Below are positions 29,752 through 41,596 of a stretch of DNA of 64,000 bases, piece after piece. The DNA is taken from NCBI GenBank assembly GCA_963816145.1, contig CAWFJP010000011.1, positions 448,001 through 512,000 of the forward strand, written 5' to 3'. The position numbers and the translations under genes are program-made. This DNA comes from an uncultured delta proteobacterium. Its GTDB lineage: Bacteria; Desulfobacterota; Binatia; UBA9968. Positions within the stretch are counted from its first letter, which is position 1, and every line of letters begins with the position of its first letter. The notes under the pieces are model-generated. The model had not been told where the DNA came from. It saw only the letters and a list, made by a program, of their open reading frames with translations, and did no database searches.

Positions 29752-31383
29752 CTACTTATCGCTGCGGTTGATCCAGTACTGCTGGGCGATACCCAGAACA
29801 TTGTTCACCAGCCAGTAAACGGTCAAGCCCGCAGGAAATGACACGAACATGAAGGTAAACATCAGCGGCATCAACATCATCATCTTTTTTTGATTGGGAT
29901 CGCCCGCCGAGGGCGTCATCCATTGTTGGATAAACATGGTGGCGCCCATAATGATGGTTAGAATCGGAACGCCCAGATGCCAGCCGTTAAACGTGAACGG
30001 CAGCGCCTGCCAATCGGGGCGCGACAGATCTGGAATCCACAGGAACGGCGCATGGCGCAACTCGATCGGCGTGCTGAGCGCATTGTAAAGCCCGATGAAG
30101 ACCGGAAACTGCAGCGCCATCGGCAAACAACCGCCCAACGGGTTGACGCCGTTGCGCTTGTACAGATCCATGATTTCTTTATTGAGTTTCTCTTTGTCGT
30201 TGGCGTAGCGTTCCTTGAGCTTCTCCATCTGCGGCCCGAGCTTTTGCATCGCTTTCATGGAGGTAAAACTCTTGTGCGTCAACGGCCACATGATCAGCTT
30301 GATGAGCACCGTCAAAATGATGATGTCGATGCCGTAGCTGCGGGTGAAGCGATGAAAAAAGTGCAGCACATAGAGCAGCGGCACCGAGATAAATCCGAAA
30401 TAGCCATGGTCGATGGCGCGATCGATGTCCTTGCCCGCAGACTTCAGAATGTCGAGTTCTTTGGGTCCGATATACAGCTTATAGCGATCGCTGGCCGCGG
30501 CGCCGCTCACCGATGCGATCAAAGCCGCACCGTCTTGGCGCACGGAAACCTTGTGACCTGCACCATTCTCCGGCATCAAGGCGAAGAAAAAATAAGTGTG
30601 GCCAAAACCCGCCCAAGCAATGTCACCGCTAAATTCGTGACCTTTGATCGCCTCGGCTGGCGCTTCGCGTTTGATCTTGTTGTCGATCAGGGCGATGAAG
30701 CCCTCGAACGGCGCACCAGGCGTAGCAACCGTATGATCGCTTTTATCGGTCAGTAAGATCTCTGGAACCGGCGCATTGCCCGAGGCGGCCTGGACGGCGA
30801 CATCGAACTGTATCGGATAAAGATTGCCGGTAAACGTCAACGACTTACTGATCGTCAGGCCGTCTGCGGTTTGGGCCTGAAAGACCAGTGTGCCCTTGGC
30901 ATCGCCGGTGAGTTTAAGATCGGCACCCTGGGCCGAATAAGATAGGGCTGCGTCATCGAAGGCCGCCGGCGCTTGCCAACGCACTCCGAGAGGCAACGGC
31001 ACGTCTTTCGCCGCCGCAATGATTTCAAAGGGCGGACTTTTGGGTTCCGCGCTGGCGCGATAGTTTTTGAACTGAAAGCTTTTGAGCCGCGCACCCTGGG
31101 TGGTAAAGACCGCGATGTAGTTGTCGGTTTCGACTTGAATGTTTTTTGCCGGTTGGCCAGTAGGCGCGCTAACCGGTGCGGCTGGAGCCGTGACCGCGGA
31201 AGCAGCAGCGGGCGCAGTGGCGGTTTGCGCCGGAGTGCCGGACGTCGGAGCCGCTTCTTTCTTCTCCGCGACCGGCGCTTGGCTAGCGGGAGGCGGGGGG
31301 CCATAATAGCGGCTAATAAACTCCTGGTAACCGACTAACACGAGGACCGACAATGCTATGCCTATGAGTGCGCGTTTATCCAT
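29752..31383 (-). CDS. yidC: Membrane protein insertase YidC
   Basis: YGIDIIILTVLIK, GVNPLGGCLPM, ELRHAPFLWIPDLS and FPAGLTVYW. Confidence 0.97.
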   Translation of the reverse strand: MDKRALIGIALSVLVLVGYQEFISRYYGPPPPASQAPVAEKKEAAPTSGTPAQTATAPAAASAVTAPAAPVSAPTGQPAKNIQVETDNYIAVFTTQGARLKSFQFKNYRASAEPKSPPFEIIAAAKDVPLPLGVRWQAPAAFDDAALSYSAQGADLKLTGDAKGTLVFQAQTADGLTISKSLTFTGNLYPIQFDVAVQAASGNAPVPEILLTDKSDHTVATPGAPFEGFIALIDNKIKREAPAEAIKGHEFSGDIAWAGFGHTYFFFALMPENGAGHKVSVRQDGAALIASVSGAAASDRYKLYIGPKELDILKSAGKDIDRAIDHGYFGFISVPLLYVLHFFHRFTRSYGIDIIILTVLIKLIMWPLTHKSFTSMKAMQKLGPQMEKLKERYANDKEKLNKEIMDLYKRNGVNPLGGCLPMALQFPVFIGLYNALSTPIELRHAPFLWIPDLSRPDWQALPFTFNGWHLGVPILTIIMGATMFIQQWMTPSAGDPNQKKMMMLMPLMFTFMFVSFPAGLTVYWLVNNVLGIAQQYWINRSDK

Positions 31384-31392
31384 TGATTAGGT

Positions 31393-31605
31393 TCATCCAA
31401 CCGGATCGTAACCACCGGCGCTCCAGGGATGGCAGCGGCAGAAACGCTTTAGAGAATAAAGCAGTCCTTTGAGTGCGCCGTGACGGCGGATTGCGGTTTG
31501 AGCATAATCCGAGCAAGTAGGGTAAAACCGGCATGCGGGCGGCAGCCATGGCGAGATCGCCAGGCGATAGGCGCGAATCGGCAAGATTAACAACCAGCGG
31601 ATCAT
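31393..31605 (-). CDS. yidD: Membrane protein insertion efficiency factor YidD
   Basis: [26 protein letters not shown]; ATG 31605. Confidence 0.95.
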   Translation of the reverse strand: MIRWLLILPIRAYRLAISPWLPPACRFYPTCSDYAQTAIRRHGALKGLLYSLKRFCRCHPWSAGGYDPVG

Positions 31606-31609
31606 CGGG

Positions 31610-31969
31610 TCATACCTGCCGGCGCCCGCGTTGCGGTGAGAAACTCTTGGCCAACTCATTGTCGAGCGCACTTGACGGCAGATCCACCGCGCTCTTGCGC
31701 GCAATGACCAGAAAATCCATCCCAGGCGGCAACGCCGCACGGCTGCGCCGGAAAAACTCCCGTACCTGCCGTTTGATCCGATTACGGATCACTGAATTGC
31801 CAACCTTGCCGCTAACGGTGATACCCACGCGGGATTCAGCATGATCGTTGGTCTTGCTGATAACGACAAAATTTTCGGAATGGATCTTGTAACCGGATCG
31901 CGATAATCGCAAAAATTCGGGTCGTTTTCTCAGGCGGGCCGATTTCGGGAACGCTTGTTTACCCTTCAG
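31610..31969 (-). CDS. rnpA: Ribonuclease P protein component (probable CTG start)
   Basis: [21 protein letters not shown] (RNR motif). The conserved N-terminal [13 protein letters not shown] lies upstream of the called TTG 31912. Confidence 0.92.
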   Translation of the reverse strand: MKGKQAFPKSARLRKRPEFLRLSRSGYKIHSENFVVISKTNDHAESRVGITVSGKVGNSVIRNRIKRQVREFFRRSRAALPPGMDFLVIARKSAVDLPSSALDNELAKSFSPQRGRRQV

Positions 31970-31984
31970 GGCCTTCCCCCGCGG

Positions 31985-32149
31985 TTATGTGCGCGCCCGC
32001 TTGGGCGGCACCGACACCGTCAGTTTCTTGCGCCCTTTGGCGCGACGCCGTTTGATCACGTTGCGTCCTCCGGGAGTCTCCATGCGAGCGAGAAAGCCAT
32101 GGGTGCGCTTTCTGCGAATATTACTCGGTTGATAGGTTCTTTTACTCAT
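31985..32149 (-). CDS. rpmH: 50S ribosomal protein L34 (54 aa; absent from the ORF track)
   Basis: Manual translation [54 protein letters not shown]. Confidence 0.97.
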   Translation of the reverse strand: MSKRTYQPSNIRRKRTHGFLARMETPGGRNVIKRRRAKGRKKLTVSVPPKRART

Positions 32150-32225
32150 ATAAGAATATTTCCCTCTCAGGCCGCCTTCACGGCCAAGTGACTATATCAA
32201 TCATACCGTTCTGGCGAAGTCAATT

Positions 32226-33233
32226 TTAACCAGCCTCAGGTTTTAGCGACCGTTGCATCAAATCGCGCACCGCATCAGCCGGCTTTTTGTCGCTGTAGAG
32301 CACCTGGTACATCTGTTCAACAATCGGCATTTCGACCGCCAACCGCTGCGCCAGAGCGTGCAACGCACGGGTGTTGCGCACCCCCTCGGCCACTGTGCGA
32401 GTCGAACCGGTGATCTCCTGCAGAGTCTTACCGGCGGCGATCTGCAAACCCACCGCACGGTTGCGGCTCAAGTCGCCGGCACAGCTAAGCACCAAGTCGC
32501 CCAACCCCGGCAAGCCAGCCAAGGTCATCGGATCGGCGCCCATGCGCACAGCCAACCGGGTAATTTCCGCCAAGCCGCGGGTAATCAACGCCGCTCTGGC
32601 GTTTTGTCCAAGTCCTAAACCATCGCTAATGCCGGCGGCGATGGCAATGACATTTTTAACCACGCCGCCGATCTGCACACCGACGATGTCGAGCGAGGTA
32701 TAAACCCGCAGACTGGGCGTGCTGAGAATCTCTTGAATCGCCCGCGCGACGTTTTCCGAATAGGCGCCAACCGTCACCGCGGCCGGCAAGCCGCGCGCGA
32801 CTTCGATGGCAAAAGTCGGCCCGGAAAGAAACCCATGGCGCTCCCTGCTCGCGGCTCCGAGGATCTCAGCGAACAGCTCCGCCATGGTTTGCAGCGTCGT
32901 TTCTTCCAGCCCCTTCGTGCCGCACAGCAAATGAGCCTGCGGGCCGAAATGCGCCGCTGCGCCGGCAAACACTTCGCGCACGGTGTGGGACGGCACGGCG
33001 CAGATCACCAGCGCCTTACCCGCTACCGCGTGCTCTAAAGTCCGGGTAACGACGAGATTGTCGGGCAGCGAAATGCCGGGAAGATAGATCCGGTTTTGGC
33101 GATTTTGCACCAGGTCCTTGAAACTGGCCGAGCCATGGCACCAAAGCGTCACCTGCTCGCCCTTGTCGGAGAGCACTTTGGCAAGCGCCGTGCCCCATCC
33201 GCCAGCACCCACGACTCCAATCTCTCTAGCCAT
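32226..33233 (-). CDS. gpsA: NAD(P)H-dependent glycerol-3-phosphate dehydrogenase
   Basis: GAGGWGTALA, LSGPTFA, KNVIAIAAG, GLGDLVL and SRNRAVG. Confidence 0.97.
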   Translation of the reverse strand: MAREIGVVGAGGWGTALAKVLSDKGEQVTLWCHGSASFKDLVQNRQNRIYLPGISLPDNLVVTRTLEHAVAGKALVICAVPSHTVREVFAGAAAHFGPQAHLLCGTKGLEETTLQTMAELFAEILGAASRERHGFLSGPTFAIEVARGLPAAVTVGAYSENVARAIQEILSTPSLRVYTSLDIVGVQIGGVVKNVIAIAAGISDGLGLGQNARAALITRGLAEITRLAVRMGADPMTLAGLPGLGDLVLSCAGDLSRNRAVGLQIAAGKTLQEITGSTRTVAEGVRNTRALHALAQRLAVEMPIVEQMYQVLYSDKKPADAVRDLMQRSLKPEAG

Positions 33234-33428
33234 GATCGATCTACGAAACAGTTATGAGCTGAAACAGACGCTGTTCGGCGCGCGAAAAATATTAGTGCCT
33301 GGAGTCGTCGATCAAAAGCGAAATCATCATCGAATCTGCCATCCCGCCGCCCCGGATTTTTTGGGAACTATGCATTCTATGCGGCCAATTCTCCGAATCG
33401 ATTAATGGCGGCTTTGCTGCGCTGAGCT

Positions 33429-35888
33429 CTAGGCGTCGCCCGCGCCGTCGTCATCTTCTTCTTTTTCCGCCACCCGCGCCAACGACACGACGCGTTCGCC
33501 TGGTTCGAGCTCAATCAAACGCACGCCTTGGGTGTTGCGGCCGATGATGCGGATATCCTTGATGCGCAGACGAATGATCTTGCCGATGTTGGTGACCAGC
33601 ATTAGCTGGTCTTCCTCGTTGACTTGCTGCACACCGATGACCCGGCCAGTGCGGTCGCTGGTCTTCATCGTGATAATGCCCTTGCCACCGCGCGATTGCA
33701 GCCGGTATTCGTCCATCTCGGTGCGTTTGCCATAACCGCCGTCGGCAACCGTCAAGACGCTGAAGCCGCGCGTGAGGATCTCCATGCTGACCACATGATC
33801 TCCTTCGTCCAGACGCATACCGACGACACCGAAGGTGCCGCGTCCGGTCGGGCGCACCTGCTCTTCTTTGAATCGAATCGATTGGCCCTCGGCGGTGGAT
33901 AGAATCAGCTCCTGCTGGCCGTCGGTCAGGCGCACGCCGATGACTTCATCGTGATCTTCCAGGCCGATGGCGCGAATCCCGCTGGGGCGGGGATGGGCAT
34001 AGGCCATCAGCTCGGTCTTCTTGATCAAACCGTTTTTGGTGGCGAAAATTATGAAGCGCCCTTCCTGAAACTCGCGCACCGAGAGAAACGCCGAGACTTT
34101 TTCACCGGGTTCCAAATTGAGCAGATTGACGATCGGCTTGCCGCGCGCCGCCCGGCTCGCCTGCGGCAGTTCGTGGACTTTGATCCAATACACCTTGCCG
34201 ACAGTGGTGAAGAAGAGAATGTAGGAGTGCATCGACGCGATGAACAACGACTCGACAAAATCCTCTTCCTTGGTCGTGGTGCCGATCTTGCCTTTGCCGC
34301 CGCGCCGCTGTGCCCGGTAGAGCGTCACCGGATTGCGCTTGATATAACCTTCATGGGAGATCGTCACCGCCATGTCTTCGTCGACGATCATATCCTCGAT
34401 AGAAATATCTTCCGCGTGATCGACAATCTGCGTGCGCCGCTCATCGCCATAATTTTTCTTGATGTCTTTGAGTTCGCCGACGATGATTTTGTAGATCTCT
34501 TTCTCGTCGGCGAGGATGGCGCGCAGTTTCGCGATGAGCTCGACGGTCTCGCGATGCTCCTCCATGATCTTATCGCGCTCCAAACCGGTCAAACGCTGCA
34601 AACGCAGGTCGAGGATCGCCTGAGCCTGCAACTCGCTCAATGCGAAATTGCTCATCAAGCCTTCTTTAGCGGTTTTGCCATCCGCCGAATTACGAATGAG
34701 CGCGATCACCGCGTCGAGGTTGTCGAGAGCGATCCGATAGCCCTCTAAAATATGCAGCCGCTCTTCGGCCTTGCGCAGATCGTAGGCGGTGCGCCGAGTC
34801 ACCACTTCCTTTCGGTGATCGAGGAAACACTTGAGCGCTTCTTTGAGCGTGAGCAACTTGGGTTTGCCGTCGACGATGGCGAGCATGTTCATACCGAAGG
34901 ATTCTTGCAGCTGGGTATGCTTATGCAGCTGGTTGATGATGATCTCGGCCACCGCATCGCGCTTGAGCTCGATGACGATGCGCATGCCGTCGCGGTCCGA
35001 TTCATCGCGCAGATCGCCGATGCCGTCGATCTTTTTCTCGTTGACCAGCTCGGCGATCTGCTCAATCAAGCGCTTTTTGTTTACCTGGTAGGGAATCTCT
35101 CGAATAATGATCTGCTCTTTACCGGTGCGCTTGACCGTTTCAGTGAACGCCTTGCCGCGCATCTGAATGATCCCCTTGCCTTCATGGTAGGCGCGGATGA
35201 TCGGCTCACGGCCATGAATGAACCCGCCGGTGGGAAAATCCGGTCCGGGAATATGGCGCATCAACTGCTTGATCGTCAGGTCGGGATTGTCCACCAGCGC
35301 CACTAGAGCGTCGACCACTTCGCCGAGATTATGCGGCGGGATATTGGTCGCCATGCCAACCGCGATACCGGCGGAACCGTTGATGAGCAAATTAGGAATC
35401 CGCGACGGCAACACCGCAGGCTCTTTGAGCGAATCATCGTAGTTGGGGATAAAATCGACGGTCTCTTTTTCGATGTCGGCGAGCATTTCCTCGGCTAACA
35501 GCGTCATGCGGATCTCGGTGTAACGCATGGCGGCGGGATTATCGCCGTCGATGGAACCGAAATTACCCTGGCCGTCGACCAGCGGATAGCGCAGGTTGAA
35601 GTCCTGCGCCATGCGCACCACGGTATCGTAAATCGCCGTGTCGCCATGGGGATGATACTTACCCATAATATCGCCGACCAGACGAGCGGATTTTTTGTAC
35701 GGCTTATCCGAGGTGTTGCTGGCGTCGTACATGGCGTAGAGCACGCGTCGGTGCACCGGCTTCAAGCCATCGCGCACGTCCGGCAGCGCCCGGCTGATGA
35801 TGACGCTCATGGCGTAGGCCATGAACGACTCGCGCATCTCTTCTTCGATGTAGACCGGGACCTTTTGCGGCTTGATAGTAGCTTCCAT
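33429..35888 (-). CDS. gyrA: DNA gyrase subunit A
   Basis: [22 protein letters not shown], active-site AAMRYTE and GyrA-box QRRGGKG. Confidence 0.99.
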   Translation of the reverse strand: MEATIKPQKVPVYIEEEMRESFMAYAMSVIISRALPDVRDGLKPVHRRVLYAMYDASNTSDKPYKKSARLVGDIMGKYHPHGDTAIYDTVVRMAQDFNLRYPLVDGQGNFGSIDGDNPAAMRYTEIRMTLLAEEMLADIEKETVDFIPNYDDSLKEPAVLPSRIPNLLINGSAGIAVGMATNIPPHNLGEVVDALVALVDNPDLTIKQLMRHIPGPDFPTGGFIHGREPIIRAYHEGKGIIQMRGKAFTETVKRTGKEQIIIREIPYQVNKKRLIEQIAELVNEKKIDGIGDLRDESDRDGMRIVIELKRDAVAEIIINQLHKHTQLQESFGMNMLAIVDGKPKLLTLKEALKCFLDHRKEVVTRRTAYDLRKAEERLHILEGYRIALDNLDAVIALIRNSADGKTAKEGLMSNFALSELQAQAILDLRLQRLTGLERDKIMEEHRETVELIAKLRAILADEKEIYKIIVGELKDIKKNYGDERRTQIVDHAEDISIEDMIVDEDMAVTISHEGYIKRNPVTLYRAQRRGGKGKIGTTTKEEDFVESLFIASMHSYILFFTTVGKVYWIKVHELPQASRAARGKPIVNLLNLEPGEKVSAFLSVREFQEGRFIIFATKNGLIKKTELMAYAHPRPSGIRAIGLEDHDEVIGVRLTDGQQELILSTAEGQSIRFKEEQVRPTGRGTFGVVGMRLDEGDHVVSMEILTRGFSVLTVADGGYGKRTEMDEYRLQSRGGKGIITMKTSDRTGRVIGVQQVNEEDQLMLVTNIGKIIRLRIKDIRIIGRNTQGVRLIELEPGERVVSLARVAEKEEDDDGAGDA

Positions 35889-35956
35889 GAATCGCTCGCT
35901 AATTTACTGCGTGATTGGTTGCTCGGTGCAGCGTCTAGAACACTGCGAACGGCGCA

Positions 35957-38410
<2,454 letters not shown>

Positions 38411-38638
38411 TCAAACTATAAATTTTGTGAGAAAAATTCTGGAGTTAGGCAGAATTTCAGCTAGCTGGAATAGTACCGGAATGGCGCCTGAAAGTAAAGC
38501 GCCGGCGATGCCATAAGTCATTGAATTTTAAGGAATATTTAACAATTTTTCGGGCTTTTGGGAATTTGCCGCAATTTGGCTAGTTTTCGCCCGTTTGGTC
38601 AGTTGACTCTCCTCGACCACTAAGCGACAACAGAGGCC

Positions 38639-39346
38639 GTGCAAAGCCTCCTTACAGCATTCAAATACTTAACGATTTTGGGTCGTTGGCGCGTGCCCAC
38701 CAGCGACCCTGCGAAGTTTGGCAACGCCCCGCTGTGGTTTCCGTTGGTTGGATTGGCTATCGGCGTCGTTTTGACGGCGATCAATTACGCTCTTGCCTTA
38801 CATGTCGATTCGGAGATTCTCAGCGTGGTGGTGATCGCGCTGTTGATCGTTGCCACCGGCGCCATACCGTTGGCGGGAACCAAGATTACGTTCGATTCCA
38901 TGCGTCAGCCAACTAGTGCGGCGCGCGATGGTGCCGGCGAGGTTTTCGGTTTGGCTGCGATCCTGATCATCACATTACTAAAAATCCACGCCATCGACAT
39001 CATGGACGACAAAGTCGCTGCGAATATTTTTGTCGCACCGGCGCTGGCGCGTTGGGCCTTAGTAGTGTTGCTCTACGGTTACCACGACCGTTGTGACGAG
39101 ACCATGCGGTTGATCGCCGAGCATACTAAACTGTGGCACCTCGGCGCGACGACGCTTTTGACATTGACCCTGGCGACTTACCTGCTCGGCCGCGAGGCGC
39201 TGTGGATCGGTCTTTCCTTGTCGCTGCTGGCACTGTTGAGCCGCACCTTGCTGCATCGCCGCCATGCGATCCTCACGCTTAATAATCTTGGCGCGGTCAC
39301 CGATCTCGGCGAAGCACTGACCCTCGTGCTTATGGCGGTTCTCTAG
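38639..39346 (+). CDS. cobS: Adenosylcobinamide-GDP ribazoletransferase (CobS)-like membrane protein, divergent
   Basis: AFKYLTIL, WFPLVGLAIG and TGA..., CobS-like topology, next to the B12 locus. Canonical acidic motifs are altered. Confidence 0.7.
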   Translation: MQSLLTAFKYLTILGRWRVPTSDPAKFGNAPLWFPLVGLAIGVVLTAINYALALHVDSEILSVVVIALLIVATGAIPLAGTKITFDSMRQPTSAARDGAGEVFGLAAILIITLLKIHAIDIMDDKVAANIFVAPALARWALVVLLYGYHDRCDETMRLIAEHTKLWHLGATTLLTLTLATYLLGREALWIGLSLSLLALLSRTLLHRRHAILTLNNLGAVTDLGEALTLVLMAVL

Positions 39347-39373
39347 AGAAAATAGCGCGCCACCGACCCGACT

Positions 39374-40249
39374 ATGGAAATCTTCAAACCCCTGTCGCCG
39401 GTCATCCCGGTTTTCATGCTGATCATTGCCGGATTTATTTTTGCCCATTGGAAAAAAATCAGCTTGGCGTCGGTAACCGAAATCATCGTCTACTTGGGCA
39501 CCCCTTCTCTGGTTTTTAGCTCGCTCGCGAGTAAACCGCTGTTTGCCGGCGATATTTTTATCCTGTTCTCCGGTATCGTCGTGATTTTCGCCGGCGTCGG
39601 TCTGCTGATCCGCGCCTACTTCGCCTTGTTCGGTTTTACCTCGCGCGGCTTCGCCTTACCCGCGCTGTTCATGAACGCGGGCAACATGGGTATTCCGCTG
39701 GCGTTTTTCGCGTTTGGCCAAGCCGGCATGCAGCGCGCCACGCTGATGTTCGTGATCATCACGTTTATGCAGTATTCGTTGGGCATTTACATTCTGAACG
39801 GCCGCGGCAATTGGCGCGAAAGTTTTCGCTTGCCGCTGATCTACGCCGCCGTGGCCGGTCTGCTGATCAATCTTGCCCAGGTAAAAATGCCGGAAATCCT
39901 GCTCCAACCGGTCGCCATGTTAGGTCAAGCGACCATCCCGATCATGCTCATCAGCTTGGGCTACCGCTTGCACGAGGTCGATTCTCTTCAATGGGGCCAT
40001 GCGCTGGGCGGCGCCATCGTGCGTATTTTCGGCGGCTTCGCCGTCGCCAACATCGCGGTGTTGGCCATTGGCGCCACCGGCGTCAACCGCCAAGTGTTAT
40101 TGCTCTACGGCGCGCTTCCAGCCGCGGTGATCAATTTCGTGTTGACCGAAAAATATCGCCAGGATCCCGCTCTCGCCGCGTCCATCGTGGTCATCAGCAC
40201 TTCGCTCTCCGTCCTGACGATCCCAATTGTCTTTTGGTTGATTCTCTAA
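39374..40249 (+). CDS. AEC (auxin efflux carrier) family transporter
   Basis: About ten TM segments, NAGNMGIPLA, ATIPIMLISLG and LPAAVINF. Confidence 0.88.
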   Translation: MEIFKPLSPVIPVFMLIIAGFIFAHWKKISLASVTEIIVYLGTPSLVFSSLASKPLFAGDIFILFSGIVVIFAGVGLLIRAYFALFGFTSRGFALPALFMNAGNMGIPLAFFAFGQAGMQRATLMFVIITFMQYSLGIYILNGRGNWRESFRLPLIYAAVAGLLINLAQVKMPEILLQPVAMLGQATIPIMLISLGYRLHEVDSLQWGHALGGAIVRIFGGFAVANIAVLAIGATGVNRQVLLLYGALPAAVINFVLTEKYRQDPALAASIVVISTSLSVLTIPIVFWLIL

Positions 40250-40266
40250 CCGCCTCGATGACTCAC

Positions 40267-40295
40267 TTGACAGCCCAATCGCTGCGTTATAGTTT
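40267..40295 (+). promoter_or_regulatory. Sigma-70 promoter upstream of riboswitch 1
   Basis: TTGACA followed by TATAGT/TAGTTT at 15-17 nt spacing. Confidence 0.55.
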
Positions 40296-40316
40296 CCGCT
40301 AGGTTAATTCATAGCC

Positions 40317-40457
40317 CTAGGTTCAAAGGGAAGACCGGTGTAAATCCGGCGCGGTCCCGCCACTGTGACGGCGACGAAAGCCGCAAATAGCCACTGTTCC
40401 AACCGAACGGGAAGGCGCGGCGAGTAGAATCAAGCCTAAGCCAGGAGACCTACCTAG
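40317..40457 (+). ncRNA. Cobalamin riboswitch 1
   Basis: AAAGGGAA-CCGGTGTAAATCCGG-GCGGTCCCGCCACTGT, GCCACTG...GGGAAGGC and B12 box AGCCAGGAGACCTACC; upstream of tonB/btu genes. Confidence 0.95.
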
Positions 40458-40542
40458 AGCAATTCGACCGGCCTCTCCGGAGAAGAGAGAAAGGTTTCGC
40501 GATCTTTCCCGTCAATATTCCAGAGGCCAGTAGTGAGCTCGG

Positions 40543-41301
40543 ATGAAGCTGGCACTATTTTTTTTATTATCGTTCGCTGTCCACGCGACAGTGCTCCTCG
40601 TGCCCATTTCACTCAATGGGCACGCAACCGATCAACCCATCACAGTAACGATCCTACCGCTCGAATCCGCCACCGAACAGGGCGGGGGCTCCGGCGGTGA
40701 GCACTCCGCGATAAATCAAGTTGCATCAAAGCACTTCCAAAAGACGCCTTTCAACGAGCGCCGCGGCGATTCCACACCAACCCCCACTGCCGTTGCGCAA
40801 GAGAAACATCCTGCCGAGAAACTGTCGAGCGTCCCTGCCACGGGTGTAACGGCGATCGCAGAAGACTCGACGGATGGCATTCCCACCAAAACGGGCGAAA
40901 GCATTGCAAGCGGCAACGGAAGCGGCGGAAGCAATTTTGGCGCAGAAAGAATTGGCGCCGGGAATGGCAACGGCTCCGGCAAAGGCCAAGGTAACGGAAA
41001 CGGACCATCTGGAACGGCGCTAACTCAAGCGCGCTACCGCGAAACCCCGCAGCCTAATTACCCGGATAGCGCTAGGCGTGAGGGCAAAGAAGGTCGGGTG
41101 CTTTTGCGCGTGCTCGTCGATGAAGAAGGTAAGGCTAAGGCGATCGAGATCAACACCAGCTCCGGTCATGACCTGCTCGACCGAGCCGCAACGGAAGCGA
41201 TCAAGAAGTGGCGCTTTGTCCCGGCGCGCGTCGGCGGCAAGCCCATCGAAATCTGGGTCAAAGTACCGATCGAATTCCAACTGTCGAATGCCAAACCATG
41301 A
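40543..41301 (+). CDS. tonB: Energy transducer TonB
   Basis: N-terminal TM with S-x3-H, Gly/Asn-rich linker, C-terminal YPDSARREGKEGRV..SSGHDLLDRAA..WRFVPA. Confidence 0.92.
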   Translation: MKLALFFLLSFAVHATVLLVPISLNGHATDQPITVTILPLESATEQGGGSGGEHSAINQVASKHFQKTPFNERRGDSTPTPTAVAQEKHPAEKLSSVPATGVTAIAEDSTDGIPTKTGESIASGNGSGGSNFGAERIGAGNGNGSGKGQGNGNGPSGTALTQARYRETPQPNYPDSARREGKEGRVLLRVLVDEEGKAKAIEINTSSGHDLLDRAATEAIKKWRFVPARVGGKPIEIWVKVPIEFQLSNAKP

Positions 41302-41340
41302 GTGAAGCAAAGGAGGCCAGAGAAGCGAGTCTTATCAACC

Positions 41341-41560
41341 GCAGAGCGAGCTAAGGGAAAGAGGTGACGTCGCAAAATCGAAGGCAGAAGGATGCATTTC
41401 ATCCGTCGCCCTTCAGGTTTTTCAAAGAATGCCTCTGCTGCCCCGCAACTGTAAGAGCTACGAAAGCTGCACCCATGTCACTGTCCTGAGCGAAGGCGAA
41501 GGACGGGAAGACGCAGCGATTAGGTTCGACGCTCAAGCCAGGAGACCTGTCCGCTCCGCC
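41341..41560 (+). ncRNA. Cobalamin riboswitch 2, with an insertion in the P4 loop
   Basis: TAAGGGAA-AGAGGTG...AATGCCTCT-GCTGCCCCGCAACTGT, GTCACTG...GGGAAGAC and AGCCAGGAGACCTGTC, followed by an RBS-sequestering hairpin. Confidence 0.92.
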
Positions 41561-41596
41561 ACAACGTTTCCCCTTTCGCGGGAGAAGGAGGGTTTC

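Noticed and set aside
35630-35650. GyrA Thr at the Ser83-equivalent position as a quinolone-resistance mutation
   Set aside because: Thr is the natural residue in many bacteria.
41429-41596. N-terminal extension of btuB in the ORF track
   Set aside because: It overlaps riboswitch 2. The strong RBS and signal peptide start at 41597.
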